A DNA stretch of 64,000 bases from Eledone cirrhosa (lineage: Eukaryota). The notes under the pieces are model-generated. The model was not told where the DNA came from. It searched no databases and saw only the letters and a program-made list of their open reading frames with translations. The position numbers and the translations under genes were made by a program. The stretch lies in assembly GCA_964016885.1 (NCBI GenBank), contig OZ024744.1, positions 14,508,001-14,572,000 on the forward strand. Direction: 5' to 3'. Shown one piece after another: positions 39,901 through 55,900 of the stretch. Position 1 is the stretch's first letter, and each line of letters opens with the position of its first letter.

Positions 39901-42900
39901 AAGGCCAATGTTCTAACCACTAAGTCATGTGCCTCCATTGCATGGCCAATGCTCTAACCACTAAGTCATGTGCCTCCATTGCAAGGCCAATGCTCTAACC
40001 ACTAAACCATCTGCCTCCATTGCAAGGCCAATGCTCTAACCACTAAGTCATGTGCCTTCATTGCAAGGCCAATGCTCTAACCACTAAGCCATGTGCATCC
40101 ATTGCAAGGCCAATACTCTAACCACTAAGTCATGTGCCTCCATTGCAAGGCCAATGCTCTAACCACTAAGTCATGTGCCTCCATTGCAAGGTCAATGCTC
40201 TAACAACTAAGTCATGTGCCTCCATTGCAAGGCCAATGCTCTAACCACTAAGTCATGTGCCTCCATTGCAAGGCCAATGCTCTAACCACTAAGTCATGTC
40301 CCTCCATTGCAAGGCCAATGCTCTAACCACTAAGCCATGTGCCTCCATTGCAAGGCCAATGCTCTAACCACTAAGCCATGTGCCTCCACTGCAAGGCCAA
40401 TGCTCTAACCACTAAGTCATGTGCCTCCATTGCAAGGCCAATGCTCTAACCACTAAGTCATGTGCCTCCATTGCAAGGCCAATGCTCTAACCACTAAGCC
40501 ATGTGCCTCCATTGCAAGGCAATGCTCTAACCAAGAAGCCATGTGCCTCCATTGCAAGGCCAATACTCTAACCACTAAGCCATGTGCCTCCATTGCAAGG
40601 CCAATGCTCTAACCAATAAGCCATGTGCCACCATTGCAAGGCCAATGCTCTAACCACTAAGCCATGTGCCACCATTGCAAGGCCAATGCTCTAACCACTA
40701 AGCCATCTACCTCCATTGCAAGGCCAATGCTCTAACCAATAAGCCATGTGCCTCCATTGCCAGGCCAATGTTCTAACCACTAAGTCATGTGCCTCCATTG
40801 CAAGGCCAATGCTCTAACCACTAAGTCATGTGCCTCCATTGCAAGGCCAATGCTCAAACCACTAAACCATCTGCCTCCATTGCAAGGCCAATGCTCTAAC
40901 CACTAAGTCATGTGCCTCCATTGCAAGGCCAATGCTCTAACCACTAAGCCATGTGCCTCCATTGCAAGGCCAATACTCTAACCACTAAGTCATGTGCCTC
41001 CATTGCAAGGCCAATGATCTAACCACTAAGTCATGTGCCTCCATTGCAAGGCCAATGCTCTAACCACTAAGTCATGTGCCTCCATTGCAAGGCCAATGCT
41101 CTAACCACTAGGTCTGTGCCTCCATTGCAAGCCCAATGCTCTAACCACTAAGTCATGCGCCTCCATTGCAAGGCCAATGCTCTAACCACTAAGCCATGTG
41201 CCTCCATTGCAAGGCCAATGCTCTAACCACTAAGCCATGTGCCTCCATTGCAAGGCCAATTCTCTAGCCACTAAGCCATGTGCCTCCATTGCAAGGCCAA
41301 TGCTCTAACCACTAAGTCATGTGCCTCCATAGCAAGGCCAATGCTCTAACCACTAAGCCATGTGGCTCCACTGCAAGGCCAATGCTCTAACCACTAAGTC
41401 ATGTGCCTCCATTGCAAAGCCAATGCCCTAACCACTAAGTCATGTGCCTCCATTGCAAGGCCAATGCTCTAACCACTAAGCCATGTGCCTCCATTGCAAG
41501 GCCAATGCTCTAACCACTAAGTCATGTGCCTCCATTGCAAGGCCAATGCTCTAACCACTAAGACATATGCCTCCATTGCAAGGCCAATGCTCTAACCACT
41601 AAGTCATGTGCCTCCATTGCAAGGTCAATGCTCTAACCACTAAGTCATGTGCCTCCATTGCAAGGCCAATGCTCTAACCACTAAGTCATGTGCCTACATT
41701 GCAAGGTCAATGCTCTAACCACTAAGTCATGTGCCTCCATTGCAAGGCCAATGCTCTAACCACTAAGCCATGTGCCTCCATTGCAAGGCCAATGCTCTAA
41801 CCACTAAGCCATGTGCCTCCATTGCAAGGCCAATTCTCTAACCACTAAGCCATGTGCCTCCATTGCAAGACCAATGCTCTAACCACTAAGTCATGTGCCT
41901 CCATTGCAAGCTCAATGCTCTAACCACTAAACCATCTGCCTCCATTGCAAGGCCAATGCTCTAACCACTAAGCCATGTGCCTCCATTGCAAGGCCAATGC
42001 TCTAACCACTAAGTCATGTGCCTCCATTGCAAGGCCAATGATCTAACCACTAAACCATCTGCCTCCATTGCAAGGCCAATGCTCTAACCACTAAGTCATG
42101 TGCCCCCCATTGCAAGGCCAATGCTCTAACCACTAAGCCATGTGCCTCCATTGCAAGGCCAATGCTCTAACCACTAAGCTATGTGCCACCATTGCAAGGC
42201 CAATGCTCTAACCACTAAGCCATGTGCCACCATTGCAAGGCCAATGCTCTAACCACTATGTCATGTGCCACCATTGCAAGGCCAATGCTCTAACCACTAA
42301 ACCATCTGCCTCCGTTGCAAGGCCAATGCTCTAACCACTAAGCCATCTGCCTCCATTGCAAGGCCAATGCTCTAACCACTAAGCCATGTGCCTCCATTGC
42401 AAGGCCAATGCTCTAACCACTAAGCCATGTGCCTCCATTGCAAGGCCAATGCTCTAACCACTAAGCCATGTGCCACCATTGCAAGGCCAATGCTCTAACC
42501 ACTATGTCATGTGCTACCATTGCAAGGCCAATGCTCTAACCACTAAACCATCTGCCTCCGTTGCAAGGCCAATGCTCTAACCACTAAGCCATCTGCCTCC
42601 ATTGCAAGGCCAATGCTCTAACCACTAAGCCATGTGCCTCCATTGCAAGGCCAAAGCTCTAACCACTAAGCCATGTGCCTCCACTGCAAGGCCAATGCTC
42701 TAACCACTAAGTCATGTGCCTCCATTGCAAGGCCAATGCTCTAACCACTAAATCATGTGCCTCCATTGCAAGGCCAATGCTCTAACCACTAAGCCATGTG
42801 CCTCCATTGCAAGGCCAATGCTCTAACAACTAAGCCATGCGCCTCCATTGCAAGGCCAACGCTCTAACCACTAAGCCATGTGCCTCCATTGCAAGGCCAA

Positions 42901-45900
42901 TGCTCTAACCACTAAGCCATGTGCCTCCATTGCAAGGCCAATGCTCTAACCACTAAGCCATGTGCCTCCATTGCAAGGCCAATGCTCTAACCACTAAGCC
43001 ATGTGCCTCCATTGCAAGGCCAATGCTCTAACCACTAAGCCATGTATCTCCATTGCAAGGACAATGCTCTAACCACTAAGCCATGTGCCTCCATTGCAAG
43101 GCCAATGCTCTAACCACTAAGTCATGTGCCTCCATTGCAAGGCCAATGCTCTAACCACTAAGCCATGTGCCTCCATTGCAAGGCCAATGCTCTAACCACT
43201 AAGCCATGTGCCTCCACTGCAAGGCCAATGCTCTAACCACTAAGTCATGTGCTTCCATTGCAAGGCCAATGCTCTAACCACTAAGTCATGTGCCTCCATT
43301 GCAAGGCCAATGCTCTAACCACTAAGCAATGTGCCTCCATTGCAAGGCCAATGCTCTAACAACTAAGCCATGTGCCTCCATTGCAAGGCCAATGCTCTAA
43401 CCACTAAGCCATGTGCCTCCATTGCAAGGCCAATGCTCTAACCACTAAACCATCTGCCTCCATTGCAAGGCCAATGCTCTAACCACTAAGTCATGTCCCT
43501 CCATTGCAAGGCCAATGCTCTAACCACTAAGCCATGTGCCTCCATTGCAAGGCCAATGCTCCAACCACTAAGTCATGTGCCTCCATTGCAAGGCCAATGC
43601 TCTAACCACTAAACCATCTGCCTCCATTGCAAGGCCAATGCTCTAACCACTAAGTCATGTGCCTCCATTGCAAGGCCAATGCTCTAACCACTAAGCCATG
43701 TGCCTCCATTGCAAGGCCAATGCTCTAACCACTGAGCCATGTTCCTCCATTGCAAGGCCAATGCTCTAACCACTAAGTCATGTTCCTCCATTGCAAGGCC
43801 AATGCTCTAACCACTAAGCCATGTGGCTCCACTGCAAGGCCAATGCTCTAACCACTAAGTCATGTGCCTCCATTGCAAAGCCAATGCCCTAACCACTAAG
43901 TCATGTGCCTCCATTGCAAGGCCAATGCTCTAACCACTAAACCATCTGCCTCCGTTGCAAGGCCAATGCTCTAACCACTAAGCCATGTGCCTCCATTGCA
44001 AGGACAATGCTCTAACCAATAAGCCATGTGCCTCCATTGCAAGGCCAATACTCTAACCACTAAGCCATGTGCCTCCATTGCAAGGCCAATGCTCTAACCA
44101 ATAAGCCATGTGCCTCGATTGCAAGGCCAATGCTCTAACCACTAAGCCATGTGCCTCCATTGCAAGGCCAATGCTCTAACCACTAAGCCATGTTCCTCCA
44201 TTGCAAGGACAATGCTCTAACCACTAAGTCATGTTTCTCCATTGCAAAGCCAATGCTCTAACCACTAAGCCATGTGCCCCCATTGCAAGGCCAATGCTCT
44301 AACCACTAAGCCATGTGCCACCATTGCAAGGCCAATGCTCTAACCACTAAACCATCTGCCTCCGTTGCAAGGCTAATGCTCTAACCACTAAGCCATCTGC
44401 CTCCATTGCAAGGCCAATGCTCTAACCACTAAGCCATGTGCCTGCATTGCAAGGCCAATGCTCTAACCAATAAGCCATGTGCCTCCATTGCAAGGCCAAT
44501 GTTCTAACCACTAAGTCATGTGCCTCCATTGCATGGCCAATGCTCTAACCACTAAGTCATGTGCCTCCATTGCAAGGCCAATGCTCTAACCACTAAACCA
44601 TCTGCCTCCATTGCAAGGCCAATGCTCTAACCACTAAGTCATGTGCCTCCATTGCAAGGTCAATGCTCTAACAACTAAGTCATGTGCCTCCATTGCAAGG
44701 CCAATGCTCTAACCACTAAGTCATGTGCCTCCATTGCAAGGCCAATGCTCTAACCACTAAGTCATGTCCCTCCATTGCAAGGCCAATGCTCTAACCACTA
44801 AGCCATGTGCCTCCATTGCAAGGCCAATGCTCTAACCACTAAGCCATGTGCCTCCACTGCAAGGCCAATGCTCTAACCACTAAGTCATGTGCCTCCATTG
44901 CAAGGCCAATGCTCTAACCACTAAGTCATGTGCCTCCATTGCAAGGCCAATGCTCTAACCACTAAGCCATGTGCCTCCATTGCAAGGCAATGCTCTAACC
45001 AAGAAGCCATGTGCCTCCATTGCAAGGCCAATACTCTAACCACTAAGCCATGTGCCTCCATTGCAAGGCCAATGCTCTAACCAATAAGCCATGTGCCACC
45101 ATTGCAAGGCCAATGCTCTAACCACTAAGCCATGTGCCACCATTGCAAGGCCAATGCTCTAACCACTAAGCTATCTACCTCCATTGCAAGGCCAATGCTC
45201 TAACCAATAAGCCATGTGCCTCCATTGCCAGGCCAATGTTCTAACCACTAAGTCATGTGCCTCCATTGCAAGGCCAATGCTCTAACCACTAAGTCATGTG
45301 CCTCCATTGCAAGGCCAATGCTCAAACCACTAAACCATCTGCCTCCATTGCAAGGCCAATGCTCTAACCACTAAGTCATGTGCCTCCATTGCAAGGCTAA
45401 TGCTCTAACCACTAAGCCATGTGCCTCCATTGCAAGGCCAATACTCTAACCACTAAGTCATGTGCCTCCATTGCAAGGCCAATGATCTAACCACTAAGTC
45501 ATGTGCCTCCATTGCAAGGCCAATGCTCTAACCACTAAGTCATGTGCCTCCATTGCAAGGCCAATGCTCTAACCACTAGGTCTGTGCCTCCATTGCAAGC
45601 CCAATGCTCTAACCACTAAGTCATGCGCCTCCATTGCAAGGCCAATGCTCTAACCACTAAGCCATGTGCCTCCATTGCAAGGCCAATGCTCTAACCACTA
45701 AGCCATGTGCCTCCATTGCAAGGCCAATTCTCTAGCCACTAAGCCATGTGCCTCCATTGCAAGGCCAATGCTCTAACCACTAAGTCATGTGCCTCCATAG
45801 CAAGGCCAATGCTCTAACCACTAAGCCATGTGGCTCCACTGCAAGGCCAATGCTCTAACCACTAAGTCATGTGCCTCCATTGCAAAGCCAATGCCCTAAC

Positions 45901-48900
45901 CACTAAGTCATGTGCCTCCATTGCAAGGCCAATGCTCTAACCACTAAGCCATGTGCCTCCATTGCAAGGCCAATGCTCTAACAACTAAGCCATGTGCCTC
46001 CATTGCAAGGCCAACGCCCTAACCACTAAGCGATGTGCCTCCATTGCAAGTCCAATGCTCTAACCACTAAGCCATGTGCCACCATTGCAAGGCCAATGCT
46101 CTAACCACTAAGCCATGTGCCTCCATTGCAAGGCCAATGCTCTAACCACTAAGCCATGTGCTTCCATTGCAAGGCCAATGCTCTAACCACTAAGCCATGT
46201 GCCTCCATTGCAAGGCCAATGTTCTAACCACTAAGTCATGTGCCTCCATTGCAAGGCCAATGCTCTAACCACTAAGTCATGTGCCTCCATTGCAAGGCCA
46301 ATACTCTAACCACTAAGTCATGTGCCTCCATTGCAAGGCCAATGCTCTAACCACTAAGTCATGTGCCTCCACTGCAAGGCCAATGCTCTAACCACTAAGC
46401 CATGTGCCTCCATTGCAAGGCCAATGCTCTAACCACTAAGCCATGTTCCTCCATTGCAAGGCCAATGCTCTGACCACTAAGTCATGTGCCTCCATTGCAA
46501 GGCCAATGCTCTAACCACTAAGTCATGTGCCTCCATTTTAAGGCCAATGCTCTAACCACTAAGCCATGTGCCTCCATTGCAAGGCCAATACTCTAACCAC
46601 TAAGTCATGTGCCTCCATTGCAAGGCCAATGCTCTAACCACTAAGTCATGTGCCTCCATTGCAAGGCCAATGCTCTAACCACTAAGCAATGTGCCTCCAT
46701 TGCAAGGCCAATGCTCTAACAACTAAGCCATGTGCCTCCATTGCAAGGCCAACGCTCTAACCACTAAGCCATGAGCCTCCATTGCAAAGCCAATGCTCTA
46801 ACCACTAAGCCATGTGCCTCCATTGCAAGGCCAATGCTCTAACCACTAAGCCAAGTGCCTACATTGCAAGGCCAATGCTCTAACCACTAAGCCATGTGCT
46901 TCCATTGCAAGGCCAATGCTCTAACCACTAAGCCATGTGCCTCCATTGCAAGGCCAATGTTCTAACCACTAAGACATGTGCCTCCATTGCAAGGCCAATG
47001 CTCTAACCACTAAGTCATGTGCCTCCATTGCAAGGCCAATGCTCTAACCACTAAGTCATGTGCCTCCATTGCAAGGCCAATGCTCTAACCACTAAGTCAT
47101 GTGCCTCCATTGCAAGGCCAATGCTCTAACCACTAAGCCATGTGCCTCCATTGCAAGGCCAATGCTCTAACCACTGAGCCATGTTCCTCCATTGCAAGGC
47201 CAATGCTCTAACCACTAAGTCATGTTCCTCCATTGCAAATCCAATGCTCTAACCACTAAGCCATGTGCCTCCATTGCAAGGCCAATGCTCTAACCACTAA
47301 GCCATGTGCCACCATTGCAAGGCCAATGCTCTAAACACTAAGCCATGTGCCACCATTGCAAGGCCAATGCTCTAACCACTAAACCATCTGCCTCCGTTGC
47401 AAGGCCAATGCTCTAACCACTAAACCATCTGCCTCCGTTGCAAGGCCAATGCTCTAACCACTAAGCCATCTGCCTCCATTGCAAGGCCAATGCTCTAACC
47501 ACTAAGCCATGTGCCTCCATTGCAAGGACAATGCTCTAACCAATAAGCCATGTGCCTCCATTGCAAGGCCAATACTCTAACCACTAAGCCATGTGCCTCC
47601 ATTGCAAGGCCAATGCTCTAACCAATAAGCCATGTGCCTCCATTGCAAGGCCAATGCTCTAACCACTAAGCCATGTGCCTCCATTGCAAGGCCAATGCTC
47701 TAACCACTAAGCCATGTTCCTCCATTACAAGGACAATGCTCTAACCACTAAGTCATGTTCCTCCATTGCAAAGCCAATGCTCTAACCACTAAGCCATGTG
47801 CCCCCATTGCAAGGCCAATGCTCTAACCACTAAGCCATGTGCCACCATTGCAAGGCCAATGCTCTAACCACTAAACCATCTGCCTCCATTGCAAGGCTAA
47901 TGCTCTAACCACTAAGCCATCTGCCTCCATTGCAAGGCCAATGCTCTAACCACTAAGCCATGTGCCTCCATTGCAAGGCCAATGCTCTAACCAATAAGCC
48001 ATGTGCCTGCATTGCAAGGCCAATGTTCTAACCACTAAGTCATGTGCCTCCATTGCAAGGCCAATGCTCTAACCACTAAGTCATGTGCCTCCATTGCAAG
48101 GCCAATGCTCTAACCACTAAACCATCTGCCTCCATTGCAAGGCCAATGCTCTAACCACTAAGTCATGTGCCTTCATTGCAAGGCCAATGCTCTAACCACT
48201 AAGCCATGTGCCTCCATTGCAAGGCCAATACTCTAACCACTAAGTCATGTGCCTCCATTGCAAGGCCAATGCTCTAACCACTAAGTCATGTGCCTCCATT
48301 GCAAGGTCAATGCTCTAACCACTAAGTCATGTGCCTCCATTGCAAGGCCAATGCTCTAACCACTAAGTCATGTGCCTCCATTGCAAGGCCAATGCTCTAA
48401 CCACTAAGCCATGTGCCTCCATTGCAAGGCCAATGCTCTAACCACTAAGCCATGTGCCTCCACTGCAAGGCCAATGCTCTAACAACTAAGTCATGTGCCT
48501 CCATTGCAAGGCCAATGCTCTAACCACTAAGTCATGTGCCTCCATTGCAAGGCCAATGCTCTAACCACTAAGCCATGTGCCTCCATTGCAAGGCAATGCT
48601 CTAACCAATAAGTCATGTGCCTCCATTGCAAGGCCAATGCTCTAACCACTAAGTCATGTGCCTCCATTGCAAGGCCAATGCTCTAACCACTAAACCATCT
48701 GCCTCCATTGCAAGGCCAATGCTCTAACCACTAAGTCATGTGCCTTCATTGCAAGTCCAATGCTCTAACCACTAAGCCATGTGCCTCCATTGCAAGGCCA
48801 ATACTCTAACCACTAAGTCATGTGCCTCCATTGCAAGGCCAATGCTCTAACCACTAAGTCATGTGCCTCCATTGCAAGGCCAATGCTCTAACCACTAAAC

Positions 48901-51900
48901 CATCTGCCTCCATTGCAAGGCCAATGCTCTAACCACTAAGTCATGTGCCTCCATTGCAAGGCCAATGCTCTAACCACTAAGTCATGTGCCTCCATTGCAA
49001 GGCCAATGCTCTAACCACTAAGTCATGTCCCTCCATTGCAAGGCCAATGCTCTAACCACTAAGCCATGTGCCTCCATTGCAAGGCCAATGCTCTAACCAC
49101 TAAGCCATGTGCCTCCACTGCAAGGCCAATGCTCTAACCACTAAGTCATGTGCCTCCATGGCAAGTCCAATGCTCTAACCACTAAGTCATGTGCCTCCAT
49201 TGCAAGGCCAATGCTCTAACAACTAAGTCATGTGCCTCCATTGCAAGGCCAATGCTCTAACCACTAAGTCATGTGCCTCCATTGCAAGGCCAATGCTCTA
49301 ACCACTAAGCCATGTGCCTCCATTGCAAGGCAATGCTCTAACCAATAAGTCATGTGCCTCCATTGCAAGGCCAATGCTCTAACCACTAAGTCATGTGCCT
49401 CCATTGCAAGGCCAATGCTCTAACCACTAAACCATGTGCCTCCATTGCAAGGCCAATGCTCTAACCAATAAGCCATGTGCCACCATTGCAAGGCCAATGC
49501 TCTAACCACTAAGCCATGTGCCACCATTGCAAGGCCAATGCTCTAACCACTAAGCCATCTACCTCCATTGCAAGGCCAATGCTCTAACCACTAAGCCATG
49601 TGCCTCCATTGCAAGGCCAATGCTCTAACCAATAAGCCATGTGCCTCCATTGCCAGGCCAATGTTCTAACCACTAAGTCATGTGCCTCCATTGCAAGGCC
49701 AATGCTCTAACCACTAAGGCATGTGCCTCCATTGCAAGGCCAATGCTCAAACCACTAAACCATCTACCTCCATTGCAAGGCCAATGCTCTAACCACTAAG
49801 TCATGTGCCTCCATTGCAAGGCCAATGCTCTAACCACTAAGCCATGTGCCTCCATTGCAAGGCCAATACTCTAACCACTAAGTCATGTGCCTCCATTGCA
49901 AGGCCAATGCTCTAACCACTAAGTCATGTGCCTCCATTGCAAGGCCAATGCTCTAACCACTAAGTCATGTGCCTCCATTGCAAGGCCAATGCTCTAACCA
50001 CTAGGTCTGTGCCTCCATTGCAAGCCCAATGCTCTAACCACTAAGTCATGCGCCTCCATTGCAAGGCCAATGCTCTAACCACTAAGCCATGTGCCTCCAT
50101 TGCAAGGCCAATGCTCTAACCACTAAGCCATGTGCCTCCATTGCAAGGCCAATTCTCTAGCCACTAAGCCATGTGCCTCCATTGCAAGGCCAATGCTCTA
50201 ACCACTAAGTCATGTGCCTCCATAGCAAGACCAATGCTCTAACCACTAAGCCATGTGGCTCCACTGCAAGGCCAATGCTCTAACCACTAAGTCATGTGCC
50301 TCCATTGCAAAGCCAATGCCCTAACCACTAAGTCATGTGCCTCCATTGCAAGGCCAATGCTCTAACCACTAAGCCATGTGCCTCCATTGCAAGGCCAATG
50401 CTCTAACAACTAAGCCATGTGCCTCCATTGCAAGGCCAACGCCCTAACCACTAAGCGATGTGCTTCCATTGCAAGTCCAATGCTCTAACCACTAAGCCAT
50501 GTGCCACCATTGCAAGGCCAATGCTCTAACCACTAAGCCATGTGCCTCCATTGCAAGCCAATGCTCTAACCACTAAGCCATGTGCTTCCATTGCAAGGCC
50601 AATGCTCTAACCACTAAGCCATGTGCCTCCATTGCAAGGCCAATGTTCTAACCACTAAGTCATGTGCCTCCATTGCAAGACCAATGCTCTAACCACTAAG
50701 TCATATGCCTCCATTGCAAGGCCAATGCTCTAACCACTAAACGATCTGCCTTCATTGCAAGGCCACTGCTCTAACCACTAAGTCATGTACCTCCATTGCA
50801 AGGCCAATGCTCTAACCACTAAGCCATGTGCCTCCATTGCAAGGCCAATACTCTAACCACTAAGTCATGTGCCTCCATTGCAAGGCCAATGCTCTAACCA
50901 CTAAGTCATGTGCCTCCACTGCAAGGCCAATGCTCTAACCACTAAGCCATGTGCCTCCATTGCAAGGCCAATGCTCTAACCACTAAGCCATGTTCCTCCA
51001 TTGCAAGGCCAATGCTCTGACCACTAAGTCATGTGCCTCCATTGCAAGGCCAATGCTCTAACCACTAAGTCATGTGCCTCCATTTTAAGGCCAATGCTCT
51101 AACCACTAAGCCATGTGCCTCCATTGCAAGGCCAATACTCTATCCACTAAGTCATGTGCCTCCATTGCAAGGCCAATGCTCTAACCACTAAGTCATGTGC
51201 CTCCATTGCAAGGCCAATGCTCTAACCACTAAGCAATGTGCCTCCATTGCAAGGCCAATGCTCTAACAACTAAGCCATGTGCCTCCATTGCAAGGCCAAC
51301 GCTCTAACCACTAAGCCATGAGCCTCCATTGCAAGGCCAATGCTCTAACCACTAAGCCATGTGCCTCCATTGCAAGGCCAATGCTCTAACCACTAAGCCA
51401 TGTGCCTACATTGCAAGGCCAATGCTCTAACCACTAAGCCATGTGCTTCCATTGCAAGGCCAATGCTCTAACCACTAAGCCATGTGCCTCCATTGCAAGG
51501 CCAATGTTCTAACCACTAAGACATGTGCCTCCATTGCAAGGCCAATGCTCTAACCACTAAGTCATGTGCCTCCATTGCAAGGCCAATGCTCTAACCACTA
51601 AGTCATGTGCCTCCATTGCAAGGCCAATGCTCTAACCACTAAGTCATGTGCCTCCATTGCAAGGCCAATGCTCTAACCACTAAGCCATGTGCCTCCATTG
51701 CAAGGCCAATGCTCTAACCACTGAGCCATGTTCCTCCATTGCAAGGCCAATGCTCTAACCACTAAGTCATGTTCCTCCATTGCAAATCCAATGCTCTAAC
51801 CACTAAGCCATGTGCCTCCATTGCAAGGCCAATGCTCTAACCACTAAGCCATGTGCCACCATTGCAAGGCCAATGCTCTAAACACTAAGCCATGTGCCAC

Positions 51901-53100
51901 CATTGCAAGGCCAATGCTCTAACCACTAAACCATCTGCCTCCGTTGCAAGGCCAATGCTCTAACCACTAAACCATCTGCCTCCGTTGCAAGGCCAATGCT
52001 CTAACCACTAAGCCATCTGCCTCCATTGCAAGGCCAATGCTCTAACCACTAAGCCATGTGCCTCCATTGCAAGGACAATGCTCTAACCAATAAGCCATGT
52101 GCCTCCATTGCAAGGCCAATACTCTAACCACTAAGCCATGTGCCTCCATTGCAAGGCCAATGCTCTAACCAATAAGCCATGTGCCTCCATTGCAAGGCCA
52201 ATGCTCTAACCACTAAGCCATGTTCCTCCATTGCAAGGACAATGCTCTAACCACTAAGTCATGTTCCTCCATTGCAAAGCCAATGCTCTAACCACTAAGC
52301 CATGTGCCCCCATTGCAAGGCCAATGCTCTAACCACTAAGCCATGTGCCACCATTGCAAGGTCAATGCTCTAACCACTAAACCATCTGCCTCCGTTGCAA
52401 GGCTAATGCTCTAACCACTAAGCCATCTGCCTCCATTGCAAGGCCAATGCTCTAACCACTAAGCCATGTGCCTCCATTGCAAGGCCAATGCTCTAACCAA
52501 TAAGCCATGTGCCTCCATTGCAAGGCCAATGTTCTAACCACTAAGTCATGTGCCTCCATTGCAAGGCCAATGCTCTAACCACTAAGTCATGTGCCTCCAT
52601 TGCAAGGCCAATGCTCTAACCACTAAACCATCTGCCTCCATTGCAAGGCCAATGCTCTAACCACTAAGTCATGTGCCTTCATTGCAAGGCCAATGCTCTA
52701 ACCACTAAGCCATGTGCCTCCATTGTAAGGCCAATACTCTAACCACTAAGTCATGTGCCTCCATTGCAAGGCCAATGCTCTAACCACTAAGTCATGTGCC
52801 TCCATTGCAAGGTCAATGCTCTAACCACTAAGTCATGTGCCTCCATTGCAAGGCCAATGCTCTAACCACTAAGTCATGTGCCTCCATTGCAAGGCCAATG
52901 CTCTAACCACTAAGTCATGTGCCTCCATTGCAAGGCCAATGCTCTAACCACTAAGCCATGTGCCTCCATTGCAAGGCCAATGCTCTAACCACTAAGCCAT
53001 GTGCCTCCACTGCAAGGCCAATGCTCTAACCACTAAGTCATGTGCCTCCATTGCAAGGCCAATGCTCTAACCACTAAGTCATGTGCCTGCATTGCAAGGC
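37000..53100. repeat. Imperfect ~4.4-4.6-kb higher-order repeats (~108-112 monomers)
   Basis: 6-C monomer 37553/42103; GTCCCTCC ~38905/~43495; GCATGGCC ~39940/~44531; 40-bp ACTAGGTCTGTG monomer 41111/45579/50004; CTCTGACC 46471/51018. Confidence 0.8.
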
Positions 53101-55900
53101 CAATGCTCTAACCACTAAGCCATGTGCCTCCATTGCAAGGCAATGCTCTAACCAATAAGCCATGTGCCTCCATTGCAAGGCCAATACTCTAACCACTAAG
53201 CCATGTGCCTCCATTGCAAGGCCAATGCTCTAACCAATAAGCCATGTGCCTCCATTGCAAGGCCAATGCTCTAACCACTAAGCCATGTGCCTCCATTGCA
53301 AGGCCAATACTCTAACCACTAAGCCATGTTCCTCCATTGCAAGGACAATGCTCTAACCACTAAGTCATGTTCCTCCATTGCAAAGCCAATGCTCTAACCA
53401 CTAAGCCATGTGCCCACATTGCAAGGCCAATGCTCTAACCACTAAGCCATGTGCCACCATTGCAAGGCCAATGCTCTAACCGCTAAGCCATCTACCTCCA
53501 TTGCAAGGCCAATGCTCTAACCACTAAGCCATGTGCCTCCATTGCAAGGCCAATGCTCTAACCAATAAGCCATGTGCCTCCATTGCAAGGCCAATGTTCT
53601 AATCACTAAGTCATGTGCCTCCATTGCAAGGCCAATGCTCTAACCACTAAGTCATGTGCCTCCATTGCAAGGCCAATGCTCTAACCACTAAACCATCTGC
53701 CTCCATTGCAAGGCCAATGCTCTAACCACTAAGTCATGTGCCTCCATTGCAAGGCCAATGCTCTAACCACTAAGCCATGTGCCTCCATTGCAAGGCCAAT
53801 ACTCTAACCACTAAGACACGTGCCTCCATTGCAAGCCCAATGCTCTAACCACTAAGTCATGCGCCTCCATTGCAAGGCCAATGCTCTAACCACTAAGCCA
53901 TGTGCCTCCATTGCAAGGCCAATGCTCTAACCACTAAGCCATGTGCCTCCATTGCAAGGCCAATTCTCTAGCCACTAAGCCATGTGCCTCCATTGCAAGG
54001 CCAATGCTCTAACCACTAAACCATCTGCCTCCATTGCAAGGCCACTGCTCTAACCACTAAGTCATGTACCTCCATTGCAAGGCCAATGCTCTAACCACTA
54101 AGCCATGTGCCTCCATTGCAAGGCCAATACTCTAACCACTAAGTCATGTGCCTCCATTGCAAGGCCAATGCTCTAACCACTAAGTCATGTGCCTCCACTG
54201 CAAGGCCAATGCTCTAACCACTAAGCCATGTGCCTCCATTGCAAGGCCAATGTTCTAACCACTAAGCCATGTTCCTCCATTGCAAGGCCAATGCTCTAAC
54301 CAATAAGCCATGTGCCTCCATTGCAAGGCCAATGTTCTAAGCACTAAGTCATGTGCCTCCATTGCAAGGCCAATGCTCTAACCACTAAGTCATGTGCCTC
54401 CATTGCAAGGCCAATGCTCTAACCACTAAACCATCTGCCTCCATTGCAAGGCCAATGCTCTAACCACTAAGTCATGTGCCTCCATTGCAAGGCCAATGCT
54501 CTAACCACTAAGTCATGTGCCTCCATTGCAAGGCCAATGCTCTAACCACTAAGCCATGTGCCTCCATTGTAAGGCCAATGCTCTAACCACTAAGCCATGT
54601 GCCTCCACTGCAAGGCCAATGCTCTAACCACTAAGTCATGTGCCTCCATTGCAAGGCCAATGCTCTAACCACTAAGTCATGTGCCTCCATTGCAAGGCCA
54701 ATGCTCTAACCACTAAGCCATGTGCCTCCATTGCAAGGCAATGCTCTAACCAATAAGCCATGTGCCTCCATTGCAAGGCCAATACTCTAACCACTAAGCC
54801 ATGTGCCTCCATTGCAAGGCCAATGCTCTAACCAATAAGCCATGTGCCTCCATTGCAAGGCCAATGCTCTAACCACTAAGCCATGTGCCTCCATTGCAAG
54901 GCCAATGCTCTAACCACTAAGCCATGTTCCTCCATTGCAAGCACAATGCTCTAACCACTAAGTCATGTTCCTCCATTGCAAAGCCAATGCTCTAACCACT
55001 AAGCCATGTGCCCCCATTGCAAGGCCAATGCTCTAACCACTAAGCCATGTGCCACCATTGCAAGGCCAATGCTCTAACCGCTAAGCCATCTACCTCCATT
55101 GCAAGGCCAATGCTCTAACCACTAAGCCATGTGCCTCCATTGCAAGGCCAATGCTCTAACCAATAAGCCATGTGCCTCCATTGCAAGGCCAATGTTCTAA
55201 TCACTAAGTCATGTGCCTCCATTGCAAGGCCAATGCTCTAACCACTAAGTCATGTGCCTCCATTGCAAGGCCAATGCTCTAACCACTAAACCATCTGCCT
55301 CCATTGCAAGGCCAATGCTCTAACCACTAAGTCATGTGCCTCCATTGCAAGGCCAATGCTCTAACCACTAAGCCATGTGCCTCCATTGCAAGGCCAATAC
55401 TCTAACCACTAAGTCACGTGCCTCCATTGCAAGCCCAATGCTCTAACCACTAAGTCATGCGCCTCCATTGCAAGGCCAATGCTCTAACCACTAAGCCATG
55501 TGCCTCCATTGCAAGGCCAATGCTCTAACCACTAAGCCATGTGCCTCCATTGCAAGGCCAATTCTCTAGCCACTAAGCCATGTGCCTCCATTGCAAGGCC
55601 AATGCTCTAACCACTAAACCATCTGCCTCCATTGCAAGGCCACTGCTCTAACCACTAAGTCATGTACCTCCATTGCAAGGCCAATGCTCTAACCACTAAG
55701 CCATGTGCCTCCATTGCAAGGCCAATACTCTAACCACTAAGTCATGTGCCTCCATTGCAAGGCCAATGCTCTAACCACTAAGTCATGTGCCTCCACTGCA
55801 AGGCCAATGCTCTAACCACTAAGCCATGTGCCTCCATTGCAAGGCCAATGTTCTAACCACTAAGCCATGTTCCTCCATTGCAAGGCCAATGCTCTAACCA
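53100..55900. repeat. Duplication with 1598-bp offset (39 monomers - 1 bp)
   Basis: AACCGCTAAG 53482/55080; 40-bp AAGGCAATG monomer ~53140/~54738; CTCTAGCC ~53970/~55568. Confidence 0.82.
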